Assembly: GCA_946617675.1 (NCBI GenBank)
Contig: CAMOKH010000111.1
Location: 7,685-71,684, forward strand
DNA: 64,000 nt
Source of the DNA: an uncultured Prevotellaceae bacterium
Lineage (GTDB): Bacteria; Bacteroidota; Bacteroidia; Bacteroidales; Bacteroidaceae
Direction: 5' to 3'
The position numbers and the translations under genes are program-made. The notes under the pieces are model-generated. The model was not told the DNA's origin, ran no database searches, and worked only from the letters and a program-made list of their open reading frames with translations. Shown here piece after piece: positions 8,453-17,715 of this stretch (position 1 is the stretch's first letter; each line of letters starts with the position of its first letter).

Positions 8453-9700
8453 TTACTTTTTTGCTTTATTTCTCTTGTATTCGCGGATGGCCTCGTTGAC
8501 GTCCATCTTCTCGCTGCCACGGAAGGCTATAATGAAGGCCTCGGGGAACTTGGGCAGCACCTCCTTGCGGAGACGGTAGATTTCCTGATAGTTGGCCGAC
8601 GCTCCGACGGTGTACTTATAGATGCCGCCCTCGCGGAAGTAGGAGGCGTCGGTGCGGCCCTTCAGCAGGCGGCTGCCAGACTTCAAGACGCTGCCGCTCG
8701 TGAGAATCTGGACCTTGAAGACCGGGGCATCGTCCTGACTGGCGCCTGAGGCCACCGGCTGGTCACTGACAGGCTGAGAAACGAGCGGCTGTATGGCGGG
8801 CTGCTCCTTCTGGGTCGTGGCAGGACGTTCTTTCTGGGCCGTGGCGGGCTGCTCCTCACGCGGCGGGTCGGGCAGCTCGGCTATGGGCTTGTAGGGCACC
8901 TTGATGCCCGGTGCCACCTTATTTTTATAAGCCACGAAAGCGTTGTAGAAACCACGTGTGTACTGCTGCAGGGCACGGTCGCTGTTCATGTACTGTTCCT
9001 CGTCGGACGTCGAGATGAAGCCCAGCTCCATCAGACAGGCAGGCATCGACGTCAGACGCAGCACGGCCAGGTTGTCCTGGTAGACGCCCTTGTCAGGCCG
9101 CCCTGTGGCCGAACAGATGTTCTTCTGCATGAACTTGGCCAGCTGGATGCTGTTCTCCAGGTTCTTGTCCTGCACCAGTTCGAAGAGGATGTTGCTTTCC
9201 GGCGAATTGGGGTCGAAGCCCTCATAGTGCTGCTGATAGTCCTTCTCGTAGAGGATGACGGCGTTCTCGCGCTTAGCCACCTCTAAGTTCTCGATGAACC
9301 CTTGCTTGTTGCCGTCGCGACGGCTGCGGCCCAGCGTGTAAGTCTGGTAGCCGCGGGCAATGTGCTTTCCCGGCAAGGAGTTGATATGAACGGAAACGAA
9401 AAGGTCGGCCTTTGCCTTGTTGGCAATCTCGGCGCGCTGCCACAATGGTATAAAGCAGTCGGTCTTGCGGGTGTAGACGACCTTCACGTCGGGACAATTC
9501 TGCTCGATAATGCGGCCGAAGGCCAGGGCATAGCGCAGGGTGAGCGTCTTCTCCTTCGAGATTTTACCCTTGGCCCCAGGGTCTCCGCCGCCATGACCGG
9601 CGTCGATGCACAGCGTAAAGGTCTTCCTCTGAGCAGCGTCCACAGACAGGGCGAGACTCAGCAGCAGGACGAGTATGACGGTCAGTCTTCTGTAAATCAT
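8453..9700 (-). CDS. N-acetylmuramoyl-L-alanine amidase (Amidase_3)
   Basis: IDAGHGGGDPGA, EK, FVSVHIN, LMELGF motifs; signal peptide. Confidence 0.93.
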   Translation of the reverse strand: MIYRRLTVILVLLLSLALSVDAAQRKTFTLCIDAGHGGGDPGAKGKISKEKTLTLRYALAFGRIIEQNCPDVKVVYTRKTDCFIPLWQRAEIANKAKADLFVSVHINSLPGKHIARGYQTYTLGRSRRDGNKQGFIENLEVAKRENAVILYEKDYQQHYEGFDPNSPESNILFELVQDKNLENSIQLAKFMQKNICSATGRPDKGVYQDNLAVLRLTSMPACLMELGFISTSDEEQYMNSDRALQQYTRGFYNAFVAYKNKVAPGIKVPYKPIAELPDPPREEQPATAQKERPATTQKEQPAIQPLVSQPVSDQPVASGASQDDAPVFKVQILTSGSVLKSGSRLLKGRTDASYFREGGIYKYTVGASANYQEIYRLRKEVLPKFPEAFIIAFRGSEKMDVNEAIREYKRNKAKK

Positions 9701-9733
9701 TTGTGCAAAGGTACGGCTTTTCCGTTAAAAAAG

Positions 9734-10120
9734 CTATAATGTCGGCTCAGTTTTATCATTTATTAAGTGTAGCTCCACGCCGGCACCCTCGCTGTCGGCA
9801 CCCATCGGGGGGCACGTCTTGGTCAGCCAGAGGTCAATGGAGCTGATCTTGGGGAAGTCGTGCAGCAGGCTTTTCACGATGCGCCCGGCGACGTGCTCGA
9901 GCAGGCATGACGGCTCGGCCATCTCGCTCGCCACACGGCGGTAGACGGCGGCGTAGTCGAGGGTGTCGGCGACGTCGTCGGTATCAATGGCCGCCTGCCA
10001 CGGGTAGCCGATGCGCAGGGTGACGACGAAGTCGCCACCCACGAGTCGCTCCTGCGGCAGTACGCCGTGCCTCGCCCTAAACCGCAGCTTCTCCAGCCGG
10101 ACGTACGTCTGTAGCTTCAT
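9734..10120 (-). CDS. folB: Dihydroneopterin aldolase
   Basis: ARHGVLPQER, DDVADTLDY, LLEHVA, K-x-x-PP. Confidence 0.93.
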   Translation of the reverse strand: MKLQTYVRLEKLRFRARHGVLPQERLVGGDFVVTLRIGYPWQAAIDTDDVADTLDYAAVYRRVASEMAEPSCLLEHVAGRIVKSLLHDFPKISSIDLWLTKTCPPMGADSEGAGVELHLINDKTEPTL

Positions 10121-10787
10121 CGGCAGGCTCGTTAGTGTCGGCGGAGCCGTTGGCGTATTTCTTCAGCGCGCGCTCCACACCGATTTTCCACGTATTGATG
10201 TTCTCGCTCTGCAACTGCAGCGAGGCCACGAGCTTGATAACATGCTCGATAGGCATGCGGTAGCGCAGCACACCCGAGATGAGCTTGGCGTAGTTCCAAT
10301 ACTCAGGGTTGAACTTCTCTGACAGGCCTTCGACGGTGGTCTTGTAGCCCCGCTTGTTCTCAAACTGGAAGTCGTAGCGCTTCGTGCCGTCGGCACTGAC
10401 CTGCTTCAATATCTTACCGTGGGTAACGGTCTTGGGCAACACTATACCCTCCTCGTCGTCCTGCAGACCGGTAAAAATCTCGTAGGGACGACCGTCGAGC
10501 AGTCCGACGAAGGCGACCCACTTCTCCTTGTTATTCTGGAAGCGCACCACGTCGCACTCAAGCGTCTGCGGACGCACCTCGGTGACCTCGGGGTGGTGAT
10601 TGCTCTCGGCATAGTCGAGGGCCTGGGCCGAGAGCTGGGTCAGGAGGTCGGCCTCCTCGTCGCTCAGTGCCTGGGCGCAGCGGTTAAGCAGTGCGCCGAT
10701 AGTATCCTCACCGACAGGGTTCTCACTTTTCTGGCTGATACGGGCCAGGGCCCGAGCCACGTCATTCAATGTCTGTTCCTTCACCAT
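10077..10787 (-). CDS. Stand-alone C-terminal domain of class II (B12-dependent) ribonucleotide reductase; possible remnant
   Basis: RPQTLECDVVRFQNNKEKWVAFVGLLDGRPYEIFTG...YWNYAKLISGVLR resembles the Bacteroidales NrdJ C-terminus; no catalytic barrel and no terminal Cys cluster. Confidence 0.75.
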   Translation of the reverse strand: MVKEQTLNDVARALARISQKSENPVGEDTIGALLNRCAQALSDEEADLLTQLSAQALDYAESNHHPEVTEVRPQTLECDVVRFQNNKEKWVAFVGLLDGRPYEIFTGLQDDEEGIVLPKTVTHGKILKQVSADGTKRYDFQFENKRGYKTTVEGLSEKFNPEYWNYAKLISGVLRYRMPIEHVIKLVASLQLQSENINTWKIGVERALKKYANGSADTNEPADEATDVRPAGEAAV

Positions 10788-10803
10788 AATATATTATATT
10801 CGC

Positions 10804-10831
10804 TTATTACTTATTACTTATTACTTATTAC
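10804..10831. repeat. TTATTAC heptamer x4 overlapping the stop codon of the upstream gene
   Basis: ttattacttattacttattacttattac. Confidence 0.85.
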
Positions 10832-13269
10832 CTCTTTACCACTTTCCTGCCACCAACGATGTAGACACCACGAGGCAGACCGTCGAGCGAGGTGGAGCCA
10901 CGACGCACGATCTGTCCGGTGAGCATATAGACATTGTCGGAAGCCTGACCGGCTGTACCGCCAGCAGCCACGTCGTGGATGCCCGTCGGGAATGTGTTGT
11001 TGTTGGCCTTGCCGTGGACGTTGGTCTGATAGAACTTCACGCGGTAAGGCCACTGCTCGGTTGCCCCCTCCTCTGACCAGCTGAGCCAGTCGCGCGTCCA
11101 ATAGCTGGTGGGAGCACCGCTGACCACCAGCCACAGATGGCTGCAGTTGGCGGGACAATCGAAGGCGATGACACTATCCGGGGCGGCGTATGTAGCCGTA
11201 GCAATGTCGCCATAGACACGTGTGCCGTTGCGCTGCAGGGCCACGAAGCCGAACTTCCAGCCGGCTTTGCTGACGTTGCGCGAGACGTAGCCCGCCTTAC
11301 CGGCTTCGCCCTCGAACTCGGCATAGACGGTGCGACCGTCAGAGGGCACGTTCAGGCGGATGGCATTATTGCCGAAGTTCTCGATACAGTTAGCTGCCGT
11401 TGGCGACCAGAAGCCTTCGTCGTCCTGGGTGAGCACCGTCTGGGCTCGCTTGCCGATGGTGGCCTTGCCCCGCTGGCGGATGGGGTCCAGGTCGAAGGTG
11501 GTCATGCGTGCGCCGTACTCCCACATCTCGTCGTTCAACTGGTCCAGCTTCTTGGCGGCATTGCCGGTCATCGTCAGTCGCATGTAGGCCTGTAGCGGGT
11601 CTTCGGGACTGACCGACCTGTTCCAGAGCCGGCCGATGACATCCATGCCGTGCTTATGGCAGAAGTAGTCCTGAATGAAGTAGTTGTTGTAGCGCAGGTC
11701 GACGCAGAGCGGATGGCGGTGCAGGCCGTTGAGCGTGCCCGTGAGCCATTCGTTGTCGAACTGCATCGCAGGGTAGAACTTATAAGCCTGCCACTGGGCA
11801 CACATCTCCCAGAACACATTCAGCGTAGACTGGCCCCAGTTGTACATCCAGCCATTCTGGTTGTTGTTGTCGCAGTGGGTCTGATACTGGAAGCAGTGGC
11901 CTATCTCGTGAGCCACAGTCTGACCGCTGCGCGAGGTATGGGCCCCGTTCGAGAGCGTCAGCAGACCTATCATGTTGTCAATGCCGCTGCCGCTGGCCTC
12001 CCACTCGGTGGTGTAGCGCAGGCGGATAATCATCTTATAGGTGTCCGACTTCGACTTACCCTGATTGATGGTGATGAACTTCAGGCTGTCGGCATAGAAC
12101 TCAAAAATCTTGTCGGCAGTACTCAGGATGGTAGTCACCGAGGCCGGCACGCCGGCGCCATAGCCCGACTCCCAGAACAGTATCCAGTGCTTCGACTGCA
12201 GGCTGCGGTCGTAGCACCACTGGCTGGAGGCATTCTTCAGCTGGGCATCAGTGCCACAGGCGTTGGTACTGCAGTAGATTCTCTTGTCGACACCTGTTAT
12301 GCGGTTCCTGAGCTGAGACGTGGCGGTGGTCAGCTGACTCTTGGTCAGGGTATAGTCGGTCACAGTCTGGCGGGCTTTCTCGAGTCCCGTCTTCAAGGTG
12401 GCTATCGCCGTGGCCTTGCGGGGCGTGTCCTCCCACCAGCCGATGACCTTCTCGGCGTAGTCGATGCGCTCCTCTAAAGCGTCGTACAAGTCGCGCGAAG
12501 CCTGGGCCTCCTCTAATGCGGCCTGCAACTGCACATAGGCCTCAGCCAGTGCGCCCTCGTCGTAGAGGGTGTTGCCAGCGTCGTCGGCACCGATTCCCTC
12601 AAGGGCTTTCGCGGCCACAGCCATCGCTGTCCTCAGCGTCTCAGCCACGGCGTTCTGTATGCCTTTATCGAGGAGCGCCTGTCCCTGTTCAACCGCGCTC
12701 TGCAACTCCTTGGCGTAGCTGGCAGCAGTGACCTCGCCGGTGTACTGCAGCGTGAAGTTGTCGACACAAAGATAGTTGCCCGTGGCAGCCTCGGCCTTCA
12801 GGCCTATCTCCACGCTGCCTTTGTCCTCAAGGACGGCGAACGTTACGCTGTACTGCCGCATGGCCGTCACCAACGTCCTGGAATTTCCGGCAAACAGATA
12901 GGCACCCTTCTGGGCCGTCCCCTTGTTTACGGTACTGCCGCTGCTGCTCTGCTGGATGTGCAGCGCCGAGGCCGTCAGCTTATAGGTGCCCTTAGGCAGG
13001 TTACGCAGCGTCTGCGTAACTGAGGCGTCGCCCAACTGCTGGCCGATGCTGACCCATGACTCAGCGTAGTAGCTACCCTTCTTGAGGGTGAACACCGAGT
13101 TGCCCTGCCGGCTCATGCCGTTGACGGTCCAGCCCGTCGCCAGTTCACTCTCGAACGACGGGTTCTGTATGTAGCTCGTTCGGTCTGCGGTTTCGGCCGC
13201 AGCCGGCCCTACCCCAACCATTGCAAGCAGAAGGGCCAGCCACAACCTTAATTGCCAGTTTAAGTGCAT
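10828..13269 (-). CDS. Secreted HExxH metallopeptidase-like protein (DUF6055-like) with C-terminal secretion tail
   Basis: Signal peptide from ATG 13269; IQNPSFE carbohydrate-binding-like N-domain, helical linker, VAHEIGHCFQY, FWEMCAQW, GVYIVGGRKVVKR. Confidence 0.7.
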   Translation of the reverse strand: MHLNWQLRLWLALLLAMVGVGPAAAETADRTSYIQNPSFESELATGWTVNGMSRQGNSVFTLKKGSYYAESWVSIGQQLGDASVTQTLRNLPKGTYKLTASALHIQQSSSGSTVNKGTAQKGAYLFAGNSRTLVTAMRQYSVTFAVLEDKGSVEIGLKAEAATGNYLCVDNFTLQYTGEVTAASYAKELQSAVEQGQALLDKGIQNAVAETLRTAMAVAAKALEGIGADDAGNTLYDEGALAEAYVQLQAALEEAQASRDLYDALEERIDYAEKVIGWWEDTPRKATAIATLKTGLEKARQTVTDYTLTKSQLTTATSQLRNRITGVDKRIYCSTNACGTDAQLKNASSQWCYDRSLQSKHWILFWESGYGAGVPASVTTILSTADKIFEFYADSLKFITINQGKSKSDTYKMIIRLRYTTEWEASGSGIDNMIGLLTLSNGAHTSRSGQTVAHEIGHCFQYQTHCDNNNQNGWMYNWGQSTLNVFWEMCAQWQAYKFYPAMQFDNEWLTGTLNGLHRHPLCVDLRYNNYFIQDYFCHKHGMDVIGRLWNRSVSPEDPLQAYMRLTMTGNAAKKLDQLNDEMWEYGARMTTFDLDPIRQRGKATIGKRAQTVLTQDDEGFWSPTAANCIENFGNNAIRLNVPSDGRTVYAEFEGEAGKAGYVSRNVSKAGWKFGFVALQRNGTRVYGDIATATYAAPDSVIAFDCPANCSHLWLVVSGAPTSYWTRDWLSWSEEGATEQWPYRVKFYQTNVHGKANNNTFPTGIHDVAAGGTAGQASDNVYMLTGQIVRRGSTSLDGLPRGVYIVGGRKVVKR

Positions 13270-13351
13270 AATCAATCCTATCTCCTTTTTTTGCCTGCAA
13301 ATATCGGTAAAAAAACTGAAACGGCCAAATGTTTCGATGAAAAAGTAGGAT

Positions 13352-14296
13352 CTACCCTTCGCCACGCTCATTTCTGGCAAAGATACGGGCGACGATGGCA
13401 CCGCTCAGATTATGCCACACGCTGAACACGGCGCCGGGGATGGTGGCCATCGGATAGGCAGCGAAATGGAGCGTGGCCAGACTGGAGGCAAGGCCTGAGT
13501 TCTGCATGCCCACCTCGATGCTGACAGCACGACGCTTGGCAGGGCTCATGCCCAACAACCGCCCAACGGCATAACCCAGGGAGAGTCCACAGAGATTGTG
13601 GAGCATGACGACGAGGATGATGATCAGTCCGCCGGCCAGCAGCTTCTCAGCATTGGCGGAGATGATGATGAGCACGATGGCACAGATGGTGAGCGACGAC
13701 AGGGCGGGTAGATAGGCCGTGGTCCTCTCAGTGAACCGTGGCCACAGCCACTTGACAATCAGGCCTGCCATGATGGGCAGGATGACCACCCAAAGTATGC
13801 TCAGCAGCATGCCTGCCACATCGACATCCACCGTATGGCCCGCGAGGAGCCACACCAGCAGCGGTGTCAGCACCGGGGCCAACAGCGTCGAGGTGGCCGT
13901 CATGCCCACCGACAAGGCCAGGTCGCCCTTGGCCAGATAGGTAATGACGTTTGAGGCCGTACCGCCGGGGCAACAGCCCACGAGCACCACGCCGACGGCC
14001 AGGGCCTCGTCGAGCGCAAAGAGCCTCGACAGGGCGAACGCCAGCAGCGGCATGATGGTGAACTGGGCCAGGCAGCCGATGAAGATGTCCTTCGGTCGGC
14101 TGAAGACCAGCCGGAAGTCTTCTATACGCAGGGCCATGCCCATACCAAACATGATAACGCCCAACATTGGATTGATGACCGTGGGCTTCACGCCACTAAA
14201 GGCACTGGGTGCTATCATGCCCACAATTGCTGAGAGCAACACCAAGGCACCCATGTAGTCGGAAATCAGTTTACAGATTCGTTTAATCGTATTCAT
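13352..14296 (-). CDS. Bile acid:sodium symporter (BASS) family transporter
   Basis: GVIMFGMG, CCPGGTASNV, SIEVGMQNSGLA. Confidence 0.92.
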   Translation of the reverse strand: MNTIKRICKLISDYMGALVLLSAIVGMIAPSAFSGVKPTVINPMLGVIMFGMGMALRIEDFRLVFSRPKDIFIGCLAQFTIMPLLAFALSRLFALDEALAVGVVLVGCCPGGTASNVITYLAKGDLALSVGMTATSTLLAPVLTPLLVWLLAGHTVDVDVAGMLLSILWVVILPIMAGLIVKWLWPRFTERTTAYLPALSSLTICAIVLIIISANAEKLLAGGLIIILVVMLHNLCGLSLGYAVGRLLGMSPAKRRAVSIEVGMQNSGLASSLATLHFAAYPMATIPGAVFSVWHNLSGAIVARIFARNERGEG

Positions 14297-14300
14297 TTCT

Positions 14301-14345
14301 TTTGGGAGTTTAGGAGTTTAGGAGTTTAGGAGTTTGGGAGTTTAG
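14301..14345. repeat. TTT(A/G)GGAG octamer x5.5 supplying the anSME stop codon
   Basis: tttgggagtttaggagtttaggagtttaggagtttgggagtttag. Confidence 0.85.
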
Positions 14346-15477
14346 ACATTACATTTGCCGGCGGGCGTCCGGCCTCGATTTCTGCGCGCATGAAGTCCAT
14401 CGTTGGGGCGACGTGGGCAAAGAACTGACGGTAGCCCCGGCAGAGGAAGTTCAGGCCGGGCTGGCCCCAGCGGTCGGTCAGCGAGCGATTCTTGGGGCAC
14501 TCGCCATGACAGGCGAACAGCCAACGGCACTCACGACACTGACGGGGCAGCGACGACTGCTTCAGCAGGCCAAACTGACGTTGGCGGTCGCCGTAGAGAA
14601 GACTCACGAGCGGCTGCCGGCGGATATTTCCCAGGCAGTAGTCTGGACGGACGAAGTGGTCGCAGGAGTAGACGCTGCCGTCGGCCTCCATCGCGGCGGC
14701 CTGGCCACAGACCGGCGACATCGAGCAGACGCCGGCCGGTTGACCGCACCAGTTGGCCAGCGTGGCGTCGAAGAGTTGCACGAAGAGGCGGCCCACATCG
14801 CGCTGCACCCATTCGTCGTAGACGGCACAGAGGAAACGACCCCATTGATCGGGCGTGACGGAACAGTCAGGACGGTCAGGCTCGACGACAGGCGTAAACT
14901 GCAGGAACTCGCAGCCGATGTCACGAAAGAAGCGGTAGAACGCTTCGGGGTGTTCAACGTTGACAGCATTCACCGTAGCCATAGCATTCCACTCAACGCC
15001 ATGACGCTGCAACAGGCCGATGGCCCGCATCACGTCGTGCCACGACGCCCCACCCTGCCGAGTGCGGCGGTAGGCGTCGTGCAGCGGTTGTGGCCCGTCG
15101 ATGCTGATGCCCACGAGGAAGTGGTTGTCAGCCAGGAAGCGGCACCACTCGTCGGTGAGCAGCGTGCCGTTGGTCTGCAGACAGTTGTCAATGTGGCATC
15201 CGTGAGCATACTTCCGCTGCAGTGCGAGCGCTTTTTCATAGAACGACAGCGGACGCAGCAGCGGTTCGCCGCCATGCCAGGTGAAGAGCACCTGGGGCAC
15301 GGGCTGCGACTCGATGTACTGGCGGGTGAACTCCTCGAGCAAGGCCTCGTCCATCATCACCCCGCTGCCACGCCCCAGGTAGTAGCAATAGCCACACGAC
15401 AGGTTACAACGGTCGCCGACGGGCTTCAGCATCACGTACGCCGGGCGGGCAAAGGGTTGTATCGGCTGCCTATTCAT
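14326..15477 (-). CDS. Anaerobic sulfatase-maturating radical SAM enzyme (anSME/ChuR-like)
   Basis: CNLSCGYCYY, WHGGEPLL, SPASM cysteines (YSCDH, CRECRWLFACHGECPK); next to the sulfatase. Confidence 0.93.
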   Translation of the reverse strand: MNRQPIQPFARPAYVMLKPVGDRCNLSCGYCYYLGRGSGVMMDEALLEEFTRQYIESQPVPQVLFTWHGGEPLLRPLSFYEKALALQRKYAHGCHIDNCLQTNGTLLTDEWCRFLADNHFLVGISIDGPQPLHDAYRRTRQGGASWHDVMRAIGLLQRHGVEWNAMATVNAVNVEHPEAFYRFFRDIGCEFLQFTPVVEPDRPDCSVTPDQWGRFLCAVYDEWVQRDVGRLFVQLFDATLANWCGQPAGVCSMSPVCGQAAAMEADGSVYSCDHFVRPDYCLGNIRRQPLVSLLYGDRQRQFGLLKQSSLPRQCRECRWLFACHGECPKNRSLTDRWGQPGLNFLCRGYRQFFAHVAPTMDFMRAEIEAGRPPANVMSKLPNS

Positions 15478-16846
15478 CGTCAATAGGATAGTTGGCCGAA
15501 GGTGTGCGCAGTCGTCGCATCAGCGCATCGAGACGCTGCACCACGTCGGGATAGTCGGCTGCCAGATTGTGCTGTTCCAGCGGGTCGTCCTTTATGCGGT
15601 AGAGTTCGAGCGGCGCACCTTTTTTCACCGTCACGGCTTTCCAGCCCTGGTGGCGAATGGCGCGCTGCTTACCCGGAAACTCCCAGTAGAGCGGACGGCT
15701 GTCGGTGTCGATATCGCGACCGAAGAACAGAGGCGAGATGTCCATGCCGTTGGTGTCGTCGGGCACGTACTCAGGATGGCCGGCCAACTGCGCCAGCGTA
15801 GGCATAAAGTCGGCGAAGTAGACGAGGTTGGCAATCTGCCGTGCCGGCACCCGGCCGGGCTGATTGACGATGAGGGGCACACGGATGCCGCCCTCGTAGA
15901 GTTGGCCCTTGCGGCCTTTCAGTCCGGCACCGCAGTTCAGCTCCTTCAGCGGAGCCATAACGGCGGCCCCATTGTCGCTGGCAAAGATCACGATCGTCTG
16001 CTCGCGCTGCCCGAGAGCGTCGAGCGTTGCCAAGAGCCGGCCAATGTTGTAGTCCATGTGTGTAACGAGTGCGGCGTAGCGCTTCGTCTCGGCCGACCAG
16101 TCGCCCCGGTCGTCATACCATGATGTGTCGTCAATGTTGTAAGGCTCGTGGGGAGCGTCATACCCAAGGAACAGGAAGAACGGCTGCTTCCCGGCCCAGC
16201 GATGGATGAACCCGATGGCATCGTCAGTCGAGATTTCGGTGTTGTGGCGCACATGGGCGTCATGCTCGTTCTCGCTGATGTTGACGAGCGAGTCGCCGTG
16301 CAACCGATAATAAGGATAGTAATAAGGCGCATTGCTGTGGACGGTACTGATGGTCCAGCCGTAGAACTCGTCGAAGCCCCTGTGGTTGGGAGCCGCCCCG
16401 GGGTCGTAGCCATCGAGGTGCCACTTATTGACCAGACAGGTGCGGTAGCCCGCCTTTGAGAGCACCGTGCCGAGCGTGACGTCGTCGGGCAAGAGGTTTG
16501 CCCGGCGCACGATGGTCGTGTCGCCGCGCGGATTGATCTTCAGTCCCGTCAGTCCTCCGGCGTAGCACTGGTTGTCGCGGATGCGGGTGTTGCCAGAGTT
16601 CTTGCCCGTCATGAGCGAACAGCGCGAGGGCGAACTGATGCCGCTGCCGGCGTATGCCTGCGTAAACGATGTGCCGGTGCTGGCCAGACGGTCGATGTTC
16701 GGCGTCTGGATATACTGATTGCCATAGCAGGCCAGGTCGCCGTAGCCCATGTCGTCGGCCAGGATAAAGATGATATTGGGCCGCTCGCCGACAGCCATCG
16801 CCTGCTGTGCCAACAGGGCGCCAAAGGCCATTAGAACATTCTTCAT
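15470..16846 (-). CDS. Ser-type S1 sulfatase, secreted
   Basis: PNIIFILADDMGYGD, SSPSRCSLMTG (SxPxR), KWHL, SDNG, YEGGIRVP. Confidence 0.93.
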   Translation of the reverse strand: MKNVLMAFGALLAQQAMAVGERPNIIFILADDMGYGDLACYGNQYIQTPNIDRLASTGTSFTQAYAGSGISSPSRCSLMTGKNSGNTRIRDNQCYAGGLTGLKINPRGDTTIVRRANLLPDDVTLGTVLSKAGYRTCLVNKWHLDGYDPGAAPNHRGFDEFYGWTISTVHSNAPYYYPYYRLHGDSLVNISENEHDAHVRHNTEISTDDAIGFIHRWAGKQPFFLFLGYDAPHEPYNIDDTSWYDDRGDWSAETKRYAALVTHMDYNIGRLLATLDALGQREQTIVIFASDNGAAVMAPLKELNCGAGLKGRKGQLYEGGIRVPLIVNQPGRVPARQIANLVYFADFMPTLAQLAGHPEYVPDDTNGMDISPLFFGRDIDTDSRPLYWEFPGKQRAIRHQGWKAVTVKKGAPLELYRIKDDPLEQHNLAADYPDVVQRLDALMRRLRTPSANYPIDDE

Positions 16847-16859
16847 TTCGTTTTTGCTT

Positions 16860-16890
16860 GCAAATTTACGAAAAAGTTCGTAACTTTGCA
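16860..16890. promoter_or_regulatory. Symmetric bidirectional promoter (sulfatase / nitroreductase)
   Basis: tgcaaatttacgaaaaagttcgtaactttgca holds TAnnTTTGCA on both strands. Confidence 0.7.
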
Positions 16891-16909
16891 CACAAAACAA
16901 AGAAAAACA

Positions 16910-17677
16910 ATGAAAAATCTACTTACACGCCGTACCATCCGCAAATATGCGGACAAAGAAGTTGACCAGCAGCTGCTGAACCGCCTCATGCAGGAGGCCG
17001 CCCGTACACAGACTATGGGTAACCTGCAACTCTACTCCGTCGTCGTCACCCGTTCCGACGAGATGAAACGGAAACTGGCACCGGCACACTTTGGTCAGCC
17101 GATGGTGACCGAAGCACCCGTGGTGCTCACCGTCTGTGCCGACTTCAACCGCACCAGTTTCTGGGCGAAATGCCGCAATGCCGAGCCGGGCTACGACAAC
17201 CTGCTCTCGTTCATGAACGCCGCCACCGACGCCCTGCTCTACGCGCAGACGCTCTGCAACCTCATGGACGAGGAGGGACTGGGCTACTGCTACCTCGGCA
17301 CTACCGTCTACCAGCCGCATCAGATCATCGACATACTGCACCTGCCCAAGCTCACCATGCCCGTGGCCACGCTGACCGTAGGCTGGCCTGCGGAGGAGCC
17401 TCCCCTCTCCGACCGCCTGCCCTTGGAGAGCTTCGTCCACCAGGAGCGCTACAAGGACTACATGGCCAATGACATTGACACCTATTATAACTATAAAGAA
17501 GAACTCGAAGAGAACCGCCATTTCGTCGAGGTCAACCACAAGGAGACGCTCGCCCAGGTTTTCACCGACATCCGCTATACGCGCAAGGACAACGAAGCCA
17601 TGTCAAAGACGCTTATCGAGACCCTCGTCCGCCAGGGCTTCCTGCCATACACACTTAAAATGGGGATGCTCGGCTGA
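16910..17677 (+). CDS. NfsA/Frp-like nitroreductase (NADPH-flavin reductase)
   Basis: RRTIRKY, TMGNLQLYSVV, GLGYCYLG, RLP motifs. Confidence 0.9.
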   Translation: MKNLLTRRTIRKYADKEVDQQLLNRLMQEAARTQTMGNLQLYSVVVTRSDEMKRKLAPAHFGQPMVTEAPVVLTVCADFNRTSFWAKCRNAEPGYDNLLSFMNAATDALLYAQTLCNLMDEEGLGYCYLGTTVYQPHQIIDILHLPKLTMPVATLTVGWPAEEPPLSDRLPLESFVHQERYKDYMANDIDTYYNYKEELEENRHFVEVNHKETLAQVFTDIRYTRKDNEAMSKTLIETLVRQGFLPYTLKMGMLG

Positions 17678-17691
17678 GCATCCCCATTTTT
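17657..17691. terminator. Bidirectional intrinsic terminator between convergent genes
   Basis: aaaatggggatgctc-ggct-gagcatccccatttt. Confidence 0.8.
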
Positions 17692-17715
17692 CATTTTTCA
17701 CTTTTCACTCATCAC

